Assembly (NCBI RefSeq): GCF_001447785.1
Contig: NW_015175982.1
Location: forward strand, 515,980 to 579,979
DNA: 64,000 nt
DNA from: Gekko japonicus
Taxonomy: Eukaryota
Direction: 5' to 3'
Position 1 is the stretch's first letter, and every line of letters starts with the position of its first letter. The position numbers and the translations under genes are program-made. The notes under the pieces are model-generated. The model made no database searches. It worked only from the letters and a program-made list of their open reading frames with translations, and was not told where the DNA came from. Positions 52,572 to 64,000 of the stretch are shown here, piece by piece.

Positions 52572-53541
52572 GTATGTATTCTTAGCGGTGGCTCCCAAAG
52601 GTCTGTAGTTATGTGGCCTCAGAACATTAGAGAAAATGTACTAAATGAGGACAGTTCAGAGAGACCAGTAAATCTTGTGTCCTTGTCTCAGAGTAGGAAG
52701 TTCTCTGTATTTCCAAGCCCATCAATATGTGATGGGAGGGGTGAGGTCCCAGGGTGGGTGAAATGGGACAGAGATGAGGTATTGGGAAAAGCTGGGTGTG
52801 ATGAGGCTACAAAAGTGGACCTTGGGTACGGTTGTAGGGCAATCTTGGAACAGCAAAGTAGCTCTGGGTTTAGTTCGTGGTTTGGATCTTACTGAATATC
52901 TTTAGTGAAAGATTTCCATCAGTGGAGTGTGACTTCTTTTGCCCCCCTCTTGTAGCAGCCCAAAATGTCATTTGCAGTGCTGCTCCTGGGGGACAGAGGA
53001 CCCCTGGGAATAGCACATGGGTGGAGTTGGAGGCCTGCTGTGGAAGGGGGGGGGGATCTGTGGAAATGCTCAGTAGATCCAACCCACTGGTAAGATAGAA
53101 GACCTCCCCATCAGTGGCCTTGAGTTCTATGACGGAAGAAAGATAATAAACACAACCTTTGGAAGTTTTAAAGCTGTGAAGGCAAAGGTCTTTTTCTGGG
53201 ATCTGTTGGAGGAATAGGTTGGGGGTAAGTGGGCATTTTGAAAAATATACACGATACTTATTTTTCACAACTACCTTTTATTTTGTACTTTTTAAAAAAG
53301 TTGCAGAAGTGGGCCTCATCGCAAATCATTTAGCAGGGATGTAGGCAGCAGTGTGTTCGTCCTGGAAGATAAACTTGAAATATCTCTGGAAGGCCAGAGA
53401 GCTACAGCTGGCTTGCAGATTTAGTGGCATGTAATTAACCCAGTTTGTAAATCTGTTCTTATGAAGTTGCTTTATACTGAGTCACACCATTAGTCCTCCT
53501 TGCCCAGTATTACCTTGCCCAGTGAATGGCAGGAGCTCTTT

Positions 53542-53720
53542 TATGTGTGTATTTGTGTGTGTATATGTGTTTCAGAGAGGTGGCTTGCTAGTGTCTGCCT
53601 CTGCATCCCAGCCCTGGTATTCCCTGGAGGTCTCCCTTCCAAGTACTTCCCAGGGTCGGCCCTGCGTAGCTTTCTGAGCTCTGATGAGCTTGGGCTTGCC
53701 TGGGCTATCCAGGTCAGGAC
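53542..53720 (-). mobile_element. 5S rRNA-derived SINE (SINE3, 5S-Sauria-like) with 17-bp TSD
   Basis: 5S-like aagctacgcagggccgaccctgggaagtacttggaagggagacctccagggaataccagggctg; TSD aatggcaggagctcttt/aatggcagcagctcttt. Confidence 0.85.
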
Positions 53721-54180
53721 AATGGCAGCAGCTCTTTCAAGGCCTCAAGCCGGCTTTGGTGCTCGAGATCCTTTTCAGCTGAAAGTGTCAAGAACTGAAC
53801 CTGTGAACTTTCTGCATAGAATGCCTGTGCTCTGTCACTGATCTGTGGCCCCTCTCAATCAAAAATCGGATTTATGAAATAGTGGGTGCCAAACTCCTGA
53901 AAGTAGACAGGTTCTACAGAATTATAATACCTAGTATATATGGTGCATTTCAAATGTTGAGAGACCTGTACCTACAGCAATTCTTACAACAGCAGTATAA
54001 GAAAGGCCGGTGTTATCCCCATAGAGCTGGTGGTGGACTGAAACTGAGCAAATGGGGGCTTGCTTGTAGCCATGTAGTGAGAACTTTCTGACCGTGCAGG
54101 TCACACTTATAGATGCAGGAATAATTTTTCTCTGGGATTGGCATTCTCAATTTCTTTAAGGTCTTTGAATCAACTCATGC

Positions 54181-54217
<37 letters not shown>
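54181..54217. repeat. (TG)n(TA)n microsatellite
   Basis: Seen directly. Confidence 0.95.
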
Positions 54218-54218
<1 letters not shown>

Positions 54219-54508
54219 GTATTGGATTTAATATCCAAAATTATGTGCAGCTACAAAGACATCCCCTTTGCCCATGCTCAGGCTGCCACAAAAAGTTTCC
54301 AGAATAACTCTGACATTTTACAAGCCTTGTGTAGCCACTGAAAAAGCCTGGACCATTGCAGAATGATCCCTAGTCAAAGGGGGCACTGACAACAGACCTT
54401 GCTAGGCAGTAGTCGTCAGAGAACCTTGTAGGTGTTATTTATGTTATAGTTCTTTGATTTTAGTATCTTTCATAATAGAAAACTAATAAGCACTATGCCC
54501 ACTACAAG

Positions 54509-54650
54509 GTCGTATCCGTGTGCATGGAATTGGAGGGGGACATAAGCAGCGCTACCGGATGATTGATTTCCGAAGGATGCACCTTGAAGAAAGGGAAGAG
54601 CCTAAATCCTTTGAGGAGAAAGTTATTCAGGTCCGGTATGATCCGTGCAG
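54509..54650 (+). CDS. MRPL2: MRPL2 coding exon 3
   Basis: [22 protein letters not shown]...[13 protein letters not shown]; 142 nt. Confidence 0.95.
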
Positions 54651-54827
54651 GTGAGCTGTGGTGAGATTTTTTTCAAAGACTGCTGGGGGGGGGGTATGCC
54701 AACTGGCGCAGATCTGGCTCAGAGGATTTGTACCACACAGTTTGTACTTTTCTTCTTTATAACTGGGAGTGATGCTTGCAGCATGAGCTGACCATTTCTC
54801 ATTGGGCTCTCTTGTTGCCCATGGCAG

Positions 54828-54943
54828 ATCAGCTGACATAGCTCTGGTGGCTGGAGAGAATCGGAAACGCTGGATTGTTGCAACAGAAAACATGCAGACT
54901 GGTGACATCATCAAAACTTCAAATCACATAGGCAGGATGGCAG
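54828..54943 (+). CDS. MRPL2: MRPL2 coding exon 4
   Basis: [38 protein letters not shown]; 116 nt. Confidence 0.96.
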
Positions 54944-55414
54944 GTAAAAAGGCTGTGTCTGCCACTGAGAAGGGAAGGGCATCGAATAGCTTGGGTATAG
55001 AATGGATTTTTCCATTTCCTCAGGTGTTGTGGAGGTGATGACTATTTGAGTATGGCACAGCCTATGGGGTGGTTCTCAGCTAAAGAGTTGACATTTTTTC
55101 TCTCCAGCAGAGCCTGTGGTCATCACACTTAAGGATGAACGGAGCATTGCCTTGTTCCCTTTAAAACCTTGTGGAGAGTCAGGAGAGGCAGGATCTGCTA
55201 GACAACTCAATCTCCTTCTTCTGAGACTTGAGGATGAAGACCAGCTAGGCAGTCTCTGGGAGGAAGTGGTTACACATGAGCCCTTTTTACCAACCAACTC
55301 TGCCCAAGCTAAGATAGTGGTATGCGGTTAGGATCTTAATTTAGTTCTGCTGTGACTTTCTGTACTTTTGCTTTGTTGGGAGTTAACACAGTGGTGTGAT
55401 CTTTGTCTTTCCAG

Positions 55415-55525
55415 TCTTGGCTAATGAGGGGGATGCCTATCCAGTTGGGGCTCTGCCAGTAGGAACTCTGGTCAACAACTTGGAGAGCCACCCTGGAAAA
55501 GGAGCACAATACATTCGAGCAGCAG
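55415..55525 (+). CDS. MRPL2: MRPL2 coding exon 5
   Basis: [38 protein letters not shown]; 111 nt. Confidence 0.96.
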
Positions 55526-55679
55526 GTCAGTATTGGACTGAGGTCAGAAACAGGTTGTTGGGGGGCAAACCTGCGCAGATAGTCAGAATCCAGAACAATT
55601 GGAGACTTCCCTCCTCTTTTTTATAATTTAGGGGTGAACTTCTCTCTCTCTTTTTTTTACAATTTTACAGTTAATGCTC

Positions 55680-55780
55680 ATCTCTGAAGAAGTGTGCTCT
55701 GCACACAAAAGCTTACACTTTGAATAAAACTTTGTTGGTCTTAAAGGTGCCAGTGCCATTGGACTCAAACTTTTTTCTGC
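55680..55780 (+). mobile_element. Penelope-like terminal fragment
   Basis: ctgaagaagtgtgctctgcacacaaaagcttacac...ttggtcttaaaggtgcc..ggactc. Confidence 0.6.
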
Positions 55781-56259
55781 TTATGGCTTTTAACTTGAAA
55801 GTAAAAGCTGCTGGATTATGGGCGAGAGCCAAGCGGCAAGGTGTGCTGTGGTATTCTGAAGGACAATGTTCCTGATAGGCTATAGCCTAGCCCATTTTTT
55901 ATGTGTGATGCTGGCACACACAGCTTGACGCCTGCAGTGGTTAAAACTCTTTCTCTTGGCGATTGCCTCAAGAAGCATCAAAACTGTGAAACTTAGGTTT
56001 CAACCTGGTAAGGGGTGGATGAAACTAGCCCATTTTAGTCACACAAGAGATGTTTGTTTCTGATCCTGTCTATGAAGTAGTGCTGTGTTTAAAGTGGAAT
56101 GAAGAAAGAGAGGATGGTCCTGACTGAACTATAGGTCAAATCTGGAAGGCTTTCAGGCGTCTGGGTGGCATTGTGGTGGAGCAGGCCCATTTCACAGGCT
56201 GAGCAATAGACCAGTAGAGAACATAGTGATTTCCTCTGTCTGTGTAATTTCTGGATTGA

Positions 56260-56517
<258 letters not shown>

Positions 56518-57231
56518 TAGGGTGTAGAGCATACTGAAGCCTCTTTCTGGCATACGGCAGCAGCTGATTTTGTTGTGGGGGAGCATGCCTACATGAGAAC
56601 CCTCTAGGCTCGTGAATGGGTTGTCTGGAGGGCATTTGTGTTAAAACAAAGCTGCAAGAAAAGGCAGCCTAAAAAAAGTATAGTGTACAATTTAAAAATG
56701 GAGTTTTTTACAAAACGTTGCTCCTGTATGGACTGTGCTGCTTATGTTTATTTATGTTCAGCCCACAGTGCAGAAGCATGAGATTGAGCATTGCATAGTG
56801 TTTGTAGGTTTGGAATGGGCTGTATCTGATTCTGTTCGTTTAAAAAAATGGGTTTGAGCTGGCTATAAGTTGGCTCATACTTTGTATTTGTATTGTACAT
56901 ATGATGGAAGTATTTTTGTGAAGTGGGGATATACAGCTCTTCAGTATTCCACAAAATTTGTTTTGTCCGTAACATGCAGGAATATAATATTTTGGCATTG
57001 GGTGGATTTCACAGAACTAATGAAGAATATGTTCACTTTACTTAGTGGCTGTCTTTGTGTGCCATATAGACAATGGCTGACAATTGGAAGACTCCTCCTG
57101 ACCTAGACTTTTCATGCCTAATGGAGAAGCTATTAATGGTGAATTTGTTGCTTACTGCATTGCGATGTCTGCAGCCTGCACATAGTTGCCATTTGGAAGG
57201 GTGTGAATTATGCTAACTTACTATTATAGTA

Positions 57232-57576
57232 GAAGCTGCGGTGGCTCAAGTGGTTAAGACGCTGAACTGCAGGCTGTGGAAGTTCAGTAGTTCAGCAGTT
57301 TGAGACCCGGGTGCCGCATGACGGAGTGAGCTCCCGTCTCTAGTTCCAGCTCCTGCCAACCTAGCAGTTCGAAAGCAAGAAATTGCAAGTAGATAAATAG
57401 GGACCACTTTGGTGGGAAGGAAACAGCGTTCCGTGCGCCTTGGTGTTTAGTCATGCTGGCCACATGACCACGGAAATGTCTTCGGACAGTGCTGGCTCGT
57501 CGACTTTGAAACTCAGATGAGCACCGCAACCCTAGAGTCGGACTCGACTGGCTTTCGAGCAAGGGAACCTTTACCT
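57232..57576 (+). mobile_element. Sauria SINE, full length, in the last MRPL2 intron
   Basis: Highly similar to 36408-36755; TSD ttactattatagta/ttacttttatagta. Confidence 0.92.
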
Positions 57577-57656
57577 TTACTTTTATAGTATAATTAGCAG
57601 AACAGACTATAGCTAGCAATACACCCTGCTCTAATCACCCTTTTTTACCCTTATAG

Positions 57657-57869
57657 GTGCTGGAGACTTGCATGGCTACAGTGGGACGCGTTTCCAATAT
57701 TGACCACAACAAGCGGATCATTGGGAAAGCTGGACGGAACCGGTGGTTAGGAAAGCGTCCACGAAGTGGCCTGTGGCACCGCAAAGGGGGTTGGGCAGGG
57801 CGGAAGATCAGACCACTCCCGCCCATGAAGAGCTATGTGAACTTGCCAACAGCAGCTACCCGTGGTTGA
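57657..57869 (+). CDS. MRPL2: MRPL2 last coding exon
   Basis: [35 protein letters not shown]...TAATRG*; total CDS 891 nt, 296 aa. Confidence 0.97.
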   Translation: MLETCMATVGRVSNIDHNKRIIGKAGRNRWLGKRPRSGLWHRKGGWAGRKIRPLPPMKSYVNLPTAATRG

Positions 57870-57917
57870 TTTGGGGCAGCCATTCCTCTTGGATCAGTGG
57901 CATCCTAGGATACCGCT

Positions 57918-57923
57918 AATAAA
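57918..57923 (+). terminator. MRPL2: MRPL2 polyadenylation signal
   Basis: AATAAA 48 nt after the stop, followed by a GT/T-rich downstream element (gtgtgtgttctttgt). Confidence 0.75.
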
Positions 57924-58047
57924 ATCTACCCTCATTGGAGTGGCAACACAACCAGTGTGTGTTCTTTGTACAAGGGCTGAATCCAACTAGAGAGAGAAAA
58001 AATTTTTGGAATGGCCTTTGAAAACTCAATAGGAGTGCTATGCAGAG

Positions 58048-58264
58048 GTGTGTGTGTGTGTGTGAAGTGCCATCAAGTCTGAGCCAACCCCTTATGGGGT
58101 TTTCAAGGCAAGGGGCAAACTGAGGTGGCTTGCCATTGTCTGCCTCTGCATAGTGGCCTTGGACTCCCTTGGTGGTCTCCCATCCAAGTACCAACCAGGG
58201 CCAACCTTGCTTGACTTCTGAGACCTGACAAGGTGGACTAGCCTGGGCCACTCAGATCAGGTCA
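58048..58264 (-). mobile_element. 5S rRNA-derived SINE
   Basis: 5S-like head (gaagtcaagcaaggttggccctggttggtacttggatgggagacc), RTE-like tail, (CA)n. Confidence 0.85.
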
Positions 58265-58464
58265 TGCACAGTTAGGGAATAGTAGGGTTAGCTCTGCATA
58301 GAATTGCAGTGCTGATGAATGCTTACCTTTGTCTGATCTGTACCTGCCCAACGATATACTTACTGTGTGATTCCTGGACTCCTTTAATACCACTGGCATT
58401 GGGATCCTGTCCATATTATCGTGGTCTCAGGTAATCAGTTGTTTCTGCATGCTGGTGTAGTACA

Positions 58465-58725
58465 GAGAGCCAGTTTGGTGTAGTGGTTAAGTGCACGGAC
58501 TCTAATCTGGGAGAACCGGGTTTGATTCCCCACTCCTCCACTTGCACCTGGCTGGATGGCCTTGGCCAAGCCATAGTTCTGACAGAGCTGTCCTTGAAAG
58601 AACTCTCTCAGCCCCACCTACCTCACAGGATGTCTGTTGTGGGGAGGGGAAGGGAAAGGCGTTTGTAAGGCCCTCTGAGACTCCGAGTGAAGGGCGGGGT
58701 ATAAATCCAATCTCTTCTCTTCTTC
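58465..58725 (+). mobile_element. tRNA-derived SINE (Squam3-like)
   Basis: Full head and CTT tail. Confidence 0.88.
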
Positions 58726-59316
58726 TGAACAGTGCCTCATAGAAGGTATTTGTAAATGATTTGTGTATATCTATCTTCCCTTTATTTTGTCTGTTTTAAA
58801 AATCAAGAGGCATTGTGTATAAGACCTCTTATATTTTTCCTGGTATACTGATTACAAGCTGCCCTGATTTTAAAAAGAAAATGTTTAGTAAATATGTAAA
58901 TGTATAATGCAACAATATAATAATTTTATATAAATAGGTTGCATTATTATTGGCAACTAGGTTGGCTGGTAGGATACTCTAGTAGAGTGTTATAAGCAAT
59001 GGACAAGCTCCGTGAGCATGTCTCCTTGTATATGCAGTGCTGCCGGGCACTTGGGGTTATGGAGCAGAATTTCCAGATGAGAGGTCTAGACTTCTAGGCA
59101 TGGCTGACTACTGAGATTTCTCATTTTAAGAACATAACAATAACCCTGCTGGATCAGACCAGTGGGTCCATCTAGTCCAGCATCCTGTCTCACTCACACA
59201 GTGGTCAGCGAAAAAAGGGGGGGTCTTATTACCATTCCCCCCCTTTTTTGCTGGTCTTATTACTGTGCCCATCCTTGTGACTATTCTCACACAATGGCCA
59301 ATCAGTTCCACTAGAG

Positions 59317-60771
59317 CAGGGGTGTCAAACTCATTTGTTATGAGGGCTGGATCTGACATAAATGAGATCTTGTTGGGCCGGGCCATCTCCCTTATAAATA
59401 AAAGCCGAATGGTGCTGGCACTTCTCTAGAACATTCCACACGCTCCGGAATTGGTTGGTGCCCTGGTGTGTCACTCACAGGGTGTCTCTCTCCATTCGCT
59501 GTGCTGCTGCCTGTGTGGGTGTCCTCCCGCCCACGGAGGCAGCGGCCACCCTTTTGCCCTCAGTTTCCTTCGAGCCGTGGCCCGGCCCGGGTGCTCCACT
59601 GGCCAGACACCCTCACTCGGCCTGCAGGCCCCAGACGGGGCCATGCCACTGCTGCTGAGCCGCGGCAGCCAGGAGGCACCACCAGCCAAGAGGCGGCCCA
59701 GGCCGACATGTGCTGGCTCTGCTCAGCCGCCTGGAAAGGCACTGGGGGTGGCCAAGCGGGGAGGCGGCAGCAGCCCGTTCCCTCGCGCCTCCCGTGCGGT
59801 CTGCGGATGAGGGGAGATGGCGCCATGCCACCACACCTGAGGCCGGCCAGGGAGCCAGGCCCAGCCTGTCCCGTCGCCCTGTAGCAGGGATGGACGAGGC
59901 CAGGCGGCTTGGCTCACTGGGGCCTTGAGCGCGCGGAGGAAGGACAGGGGGCTGGGGAAGGAGACGCGGGCTCGCAGCCGCCCGCCTGAGCTGCTACCCA
60001 TTGCAGGGAGACGGATGAGCCTGGTCTGCTTGCCCCGATGGGGCCTCGCTCAGCCAGGGGTGGTGGCAGGAGCGGCCAACCCAGGCATTTTGACCCACTG
60101 GGGCCTCGACCCTGCAAGGGGGAATCCGGGCTGCTTTCCCGAGTTGGGGGGGGCGGGAAGTGGGCGGCGCCCTGCACCCGGCCGAGCTCATACCCATTGC
60201 AGGGAGAGGGGCGAGCCTGGCTGGCTTCCCCCGCCGGCACCTCGAGTGGGCGGGGGTGCCGGGGGGAGGGGCAAGGCCAGGTGCCTTGGACCTCCGGAGC
60301 CTTGACCATGTGGGGTAGGACGGCCAGCTTCGCCATGGGGGGGGGGGGCAGATGGAGACAGCGACACGCACCCACGGCCAGGCTAGCGCCCCGTTGTCTT
60401 CCGTTCCACAATGGGCATTCTTCCTAGTGTGTGTCATAAAATGTAATTCCAAGTAGCGGAGACATAAACTTTATAAAGGACACAAACGTGTTTTTTAAAC
60501 TTAAAATCATGCTTAAAACATTAGTACTCTTGCAATATTTTATTTATTTAACAGTATCTGATAACTGACACCTCTTGCTCTGAATTATTGCATCAAAATG
60601 TCTGTGCTGTTGCAATCTTGAGTATGCTGTTCAGGTGTGTATCTGTAAGCTGCAAACCTACGATGATGCAAAAGCAGCAGAACTGGAAGAAGAAGCAGAA
60701 GACAGCCAGTTCCAGTGCAGGCCTGATAGAAGCCGGATAAGGCCTCCTGGCTGCATGTTTTGACACCCCTG
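59317..60771. mobile_element. hAT (Charlie-like) non-autonomous element
   Basis: TIR caggggtgtcaaa/tttgacacccctg; perfect 8-bp TSD cactagag. Confidence 0.93.
59386..60427 (+). mobile_element. Non-autonomous Helitron, GC/CpG-rich
   Basis: A|TC 5' end; CTAG|T 3' end; subterminal hairpin 60388-60416; no TSD; empty site seen in the paralog at 109-506. Confidence 0.88.
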
Positions 60772-61856
60772 CACTAGAGGGCCAACACCAGTGCTAGAAG
60801 CCAAGGCCTTCCCCTGATATTGCCTCCTGGCACCTGGATTCAGAGGTTGACTGCCTGTGAACATGGAGGTTCCCTTCAGTCTAATAGCCTTGGCTAATAG
60901 CCACTGATAGATTCATAGAGGTCTATCTAGTACTCTTTTAAAGCTGTCTATTCAAGTGGCCATTACTACATCCTCTGGCCCCAGATTCCATATTTTATGT
61001 TATTAGATTTGTATCCCACCCTCCCTGCATAGCAGGCTCAGGGCGGGTTCCATTAAATATAATATACAAACAAAATACATCAGATAAAATACAACTATAT
61101 TCCTGTGTTTCTAATCAAAGCCTCAACAGATGAGGTCTATTTTAGATTGGGGTTCCTAGATGGTAACACAGATCTGACCCGCTGAAGGGGAGGCCCAATA
61201 GAGGGGGAACGCCCACAGCCTCAAATAATCACTCTTTGTGTAAAGAAAATGATGTACAATGTGCATGTGCTTATCTACTTTCTCTACAGACAACATGCAC
61301 AAGTTATCTAGTCAACATGATAAGTGGAACAAGAATGATCCAAGGGTAGAGCGTGTTGGAAAGTATCCAGATTCAGATTTCAATTGCACCTGCTGTATGG
61401 CTTTAGCGTCTTGCTCTCTTAGGTTCAATCATCCACCTGAGAAACAGGAATTATTAACAAATACTGAAATGTTGAAAAATTTACTTGCTCAGAACTCCCA
61501 GAACAAGGGGGTAAGCTGTCTTGGAACAGACAGTGTATTATGTCCTGGAACCGTAGAGAAGCTTGAATCAGATGGGGTCAGGTTTCCTGCTACTTTTGCC
61601 TTTTACTCCATCCATTGTAGCCTCTCCAAAGGATGAAATAGAAGGATGCTTTATGAGGCAACAGCGGAGGAAAGACATTTCAGAACGGGAGAGAAGGCTG
61701 TAGAAGAAAGTGTATTCCTCGCATCTGCTTCCTTTCCCCACTGTATTATCTTACTGTAGAGCCGCATCCGTAGGTACAGGGAATGTATGACTGCATACCA
61801 AATTTTTTTACACATTTATTCACTGTATAGTTGATGATGGTTTAGTTGGAGCAAGG

Positions 61857-62220
61857 ATGAATCATAGAGCTGGAAGGGACCTTCAGGGTCATATAGTTTA
61901 TTTATTTATTTTATTTATCAAACTTATACCCCGCCCTCCCCGCAAGCGGGCTCAGGGCAGCTTCCATACTTTTACTGCATTTTACTGCATTCCATACTTT
62001 TACTGCATACTTTTACTGCAGTTCAACCCCTGCACAATGCAGGAAATTCACAAATACTCCCCCTCTCCACACACACCCAGTGACCCCTGCTCCATGCCCA
62101 GAACATGGCAAAAAACCTCCAGGATCACTGGCCAAACTGGCCTGGAGAAAAATTGCTGCCTGACCCCAAATTGGCAATCAGCATTTCCCTGGTTGTGTAA
62201 GAAAGGGGCACAAGAATGAA
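61857..62220 (-). mobile_element. CR1 3'UTR fragment with an internal insertion and tacttttactgca tandem repeats
   Basis: Homologous to 21959-22230. Confidence 0.8.
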
Positions 62221-62949
62221 AGGAGGGGGAACTTAGAAAACAGGACTGTGAGACTATATTTTGAAAAGGACTGCACTGGTGGTTTTAAAAATGTATAGTC
62301 CATCTTTATAGTCCATCTTTCTCACTGAGATGCAAGGCTGATTACACATTGTAAGTCAATGCAGCCAATAGCATGAGGAAGCTAATAAACGCAATAGGAC
62401 TAGGATTACAGAAATTTGGAAGAAAGCAACAAACCACACGCTGTCAGTTCTGTTACTGCTGATATATGATCGTAATGAAATGAAGATAATATCAGACACC
62501 GCAGTAAACAGTATTACAAAACTAGAAACTGATGCAGTAAAAGTAGGATATTATATACAATGAACAGATAATACATACCATACATACACAGTGGCATAGA
62601 CTCCAGTCCTGTTGCCTTTATAAAAGTGCCCTTATTAAAAGTAATTATTTGTTACAAGCTCATATTAAGTAACACTTGGACTATATACATCTGATGCTAC
62701 GTAGCTATGAAAATTACAAAAAAAATTTTTACATATGAACTGCCTATGTAATCCACCTTGGGTCTCAGGGAGAAAGGCAGGCCATAAATAAGAAAATAAT
62801 AAAAACTAAATTTGCAGCAGTAGATAAATGCAGAAGCAACGAACGGCAGAACTTCACAGGTCTAAGCAATATGAATAATCAGACGTCTGAACAGTGGTCA
62901 TAGGTTCAACTATACAAATAAGTTATTGTGATAGAATAACTGAAGACCC

Positions 62950-63510
62950 CACCCCACGTTGGAAAAGAGGCTCCGCGCCGTTCCCGTTAGAGCCTGGAGG
63001 AAACAGAAATGCAGCAACTGGCCAGCAGCGGGACATCCTTTTATCTCCCGCGAACGGGCGGGGGGGGGGCGCGAACAGAGGTTTGCCTTGTGTGGGGACC
63101 TGTACTACGTCATTACGACGGGCATGCGCAGAAGACACGGAAGAAGTGAAGCAATGGCTGGACTAGATAAATAAGGGGCATTGCAGAGGGATTTTCTTTC
63201 TTTTTTTCCAGGCCTTTGAGCCGCAACTAAGGTAGGCCTGAGCCTTCTTCGACGCTCCGTGCTCTTCGTATTCTTCGAGCTTGCGGCGTGGTAAGGCAGC
63301 CCCACTCTTTTGCTCACTGTGGGAGAGGCAGGGCATCCCCATCCCTCCGCTTTATTACTGCTCTGGCTCTCGTGAGCCCCGCCCCTTCCACAGATCCCGC
63401 CTCTTTCACCTGGGTTGCCGGCCTTGTTTGTGTAGGGGGGGCTGCAGTTGGAGGCTGGGTGGAGGACCTGCAACTTTGGGAGGCTTGTCTGTGGGGCGAC
63501 GCTTGTAGCC
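62950..63510 (+). promoter_or_regulatory. CpG promoter and non-coding first exon (~63130-63290) of the next gene (CUL7 by human synteny, unconfirmed)
   Basis: CpG cluster; CRE half-site ACGTCA, NRF1-like GCATGCGCA and ETS CGGAAG at 63105-63143; donor GTG|gtaagg at 63290. Confidence 0.7.
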
Positions 63511-64000
63511 TCACAGTCATTTATTAATTTTATAATAATAAGTACTGAAAGAGCCTTTATAGCTTAAAAATGTCCCAACTGGCAAAAGGCAAATGTGCGT
63601 GTAGTACTTTTGTATAGCATTTATATGGCTTTTTTTGAATGCTCAAAACATGACCAATAATGCTGGTTGAGTGACCAGCAATGCAGTTTCACAGTTGTCC
63701 TAGAATGTAGTTCAGTATTTTTATTTAACTTTCAGTTTATATACCGCTCACCCCCTAAGGGCTTTGAGCGGTTTACATTGTGCAATTAATTGCATTTTAC
63801 ATTTACTAGGGCCACACACAGTATTATTATCCCCTTATTTTTTTGCGGGGGGGGGGGGGAGGATAGCTTGCTTAAAGTTGAATGGATCCTCCCTATCCAT
63901 CTGTAGCCAACCCTGCTGCAGGTATGGGAAGAGAACAAGACCCCTGTAATTGCTGCTGGAACCACAGGAGAACTGAGCTGATATACAGTGTTCAAAAACC

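Larger units (their letters stand above)
59127..61000 (-). mobile_element. CR1 3' fragment split by the hAT insertion
   Basis: taagaacataa tail at 59127; 3'UTR resumes at 60780. Confidence 0.75.

Noticed and set aside
53590-53720. 5S rRNA gene
   Set aside because: Diverged, with an altered 5' end, an RTE-like tail and a TSD: a SINE, not a functional rRNA gene.
59451-60452. Dense overlapping ORFs in all six frames
   Set aside because: Expected from stop-codon depletion in very GC-rich Helitron cargo; no protein motifs.

Overview
Vertebrate genomic DNA, almost certainly a squamate and probably a gecko (inferred from Sauria SINE, Squam3-like SINEs, 5S-derived SINE, BovB/RTE, CR1 and L2). There are two N gaps (2161-2213, 2782-2955). 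Two head-to-head genes are well supported. KLC4 (kinesin light chain 4) is on the minus strand: 11 coding exons traced from the ATG at 16075 down to 2393, the 3' exons were not found (outside the window or in a gap), and a probable non-coding exon 1 lies near 47.8 kb. MRPL2 (mitochondrial uL2m) is on the plus strand: 7 coding exons, 51730-57869, 296 aa. A third CpG promoter and first exon start near 63.1 kb (CUL7 by human synteny, unconfirmed). The rest is TE-rich intron. The best leads are: (1) a phase-consistent chain of plus-strand exons nested antisense in the unusually long KLC4 intron at 3.7-10.6 kb, encoding an unidentified small protein or a decaying pseudogene; (2) three Helitrons, one a GC-rich 1042-bp element nested in a hAT element nested in a CR1; (3) an L2 inserted in frame into a CR1 endonuclease; (4) a KLC4/MRPL2 promoter split into two CpG cores with a BovB piece between them and a candidate alternative MRPL2 N-terminus; (5) Penelope-derived hammerhead-like motifs. 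All calls were made by eye and none was checked against a database.
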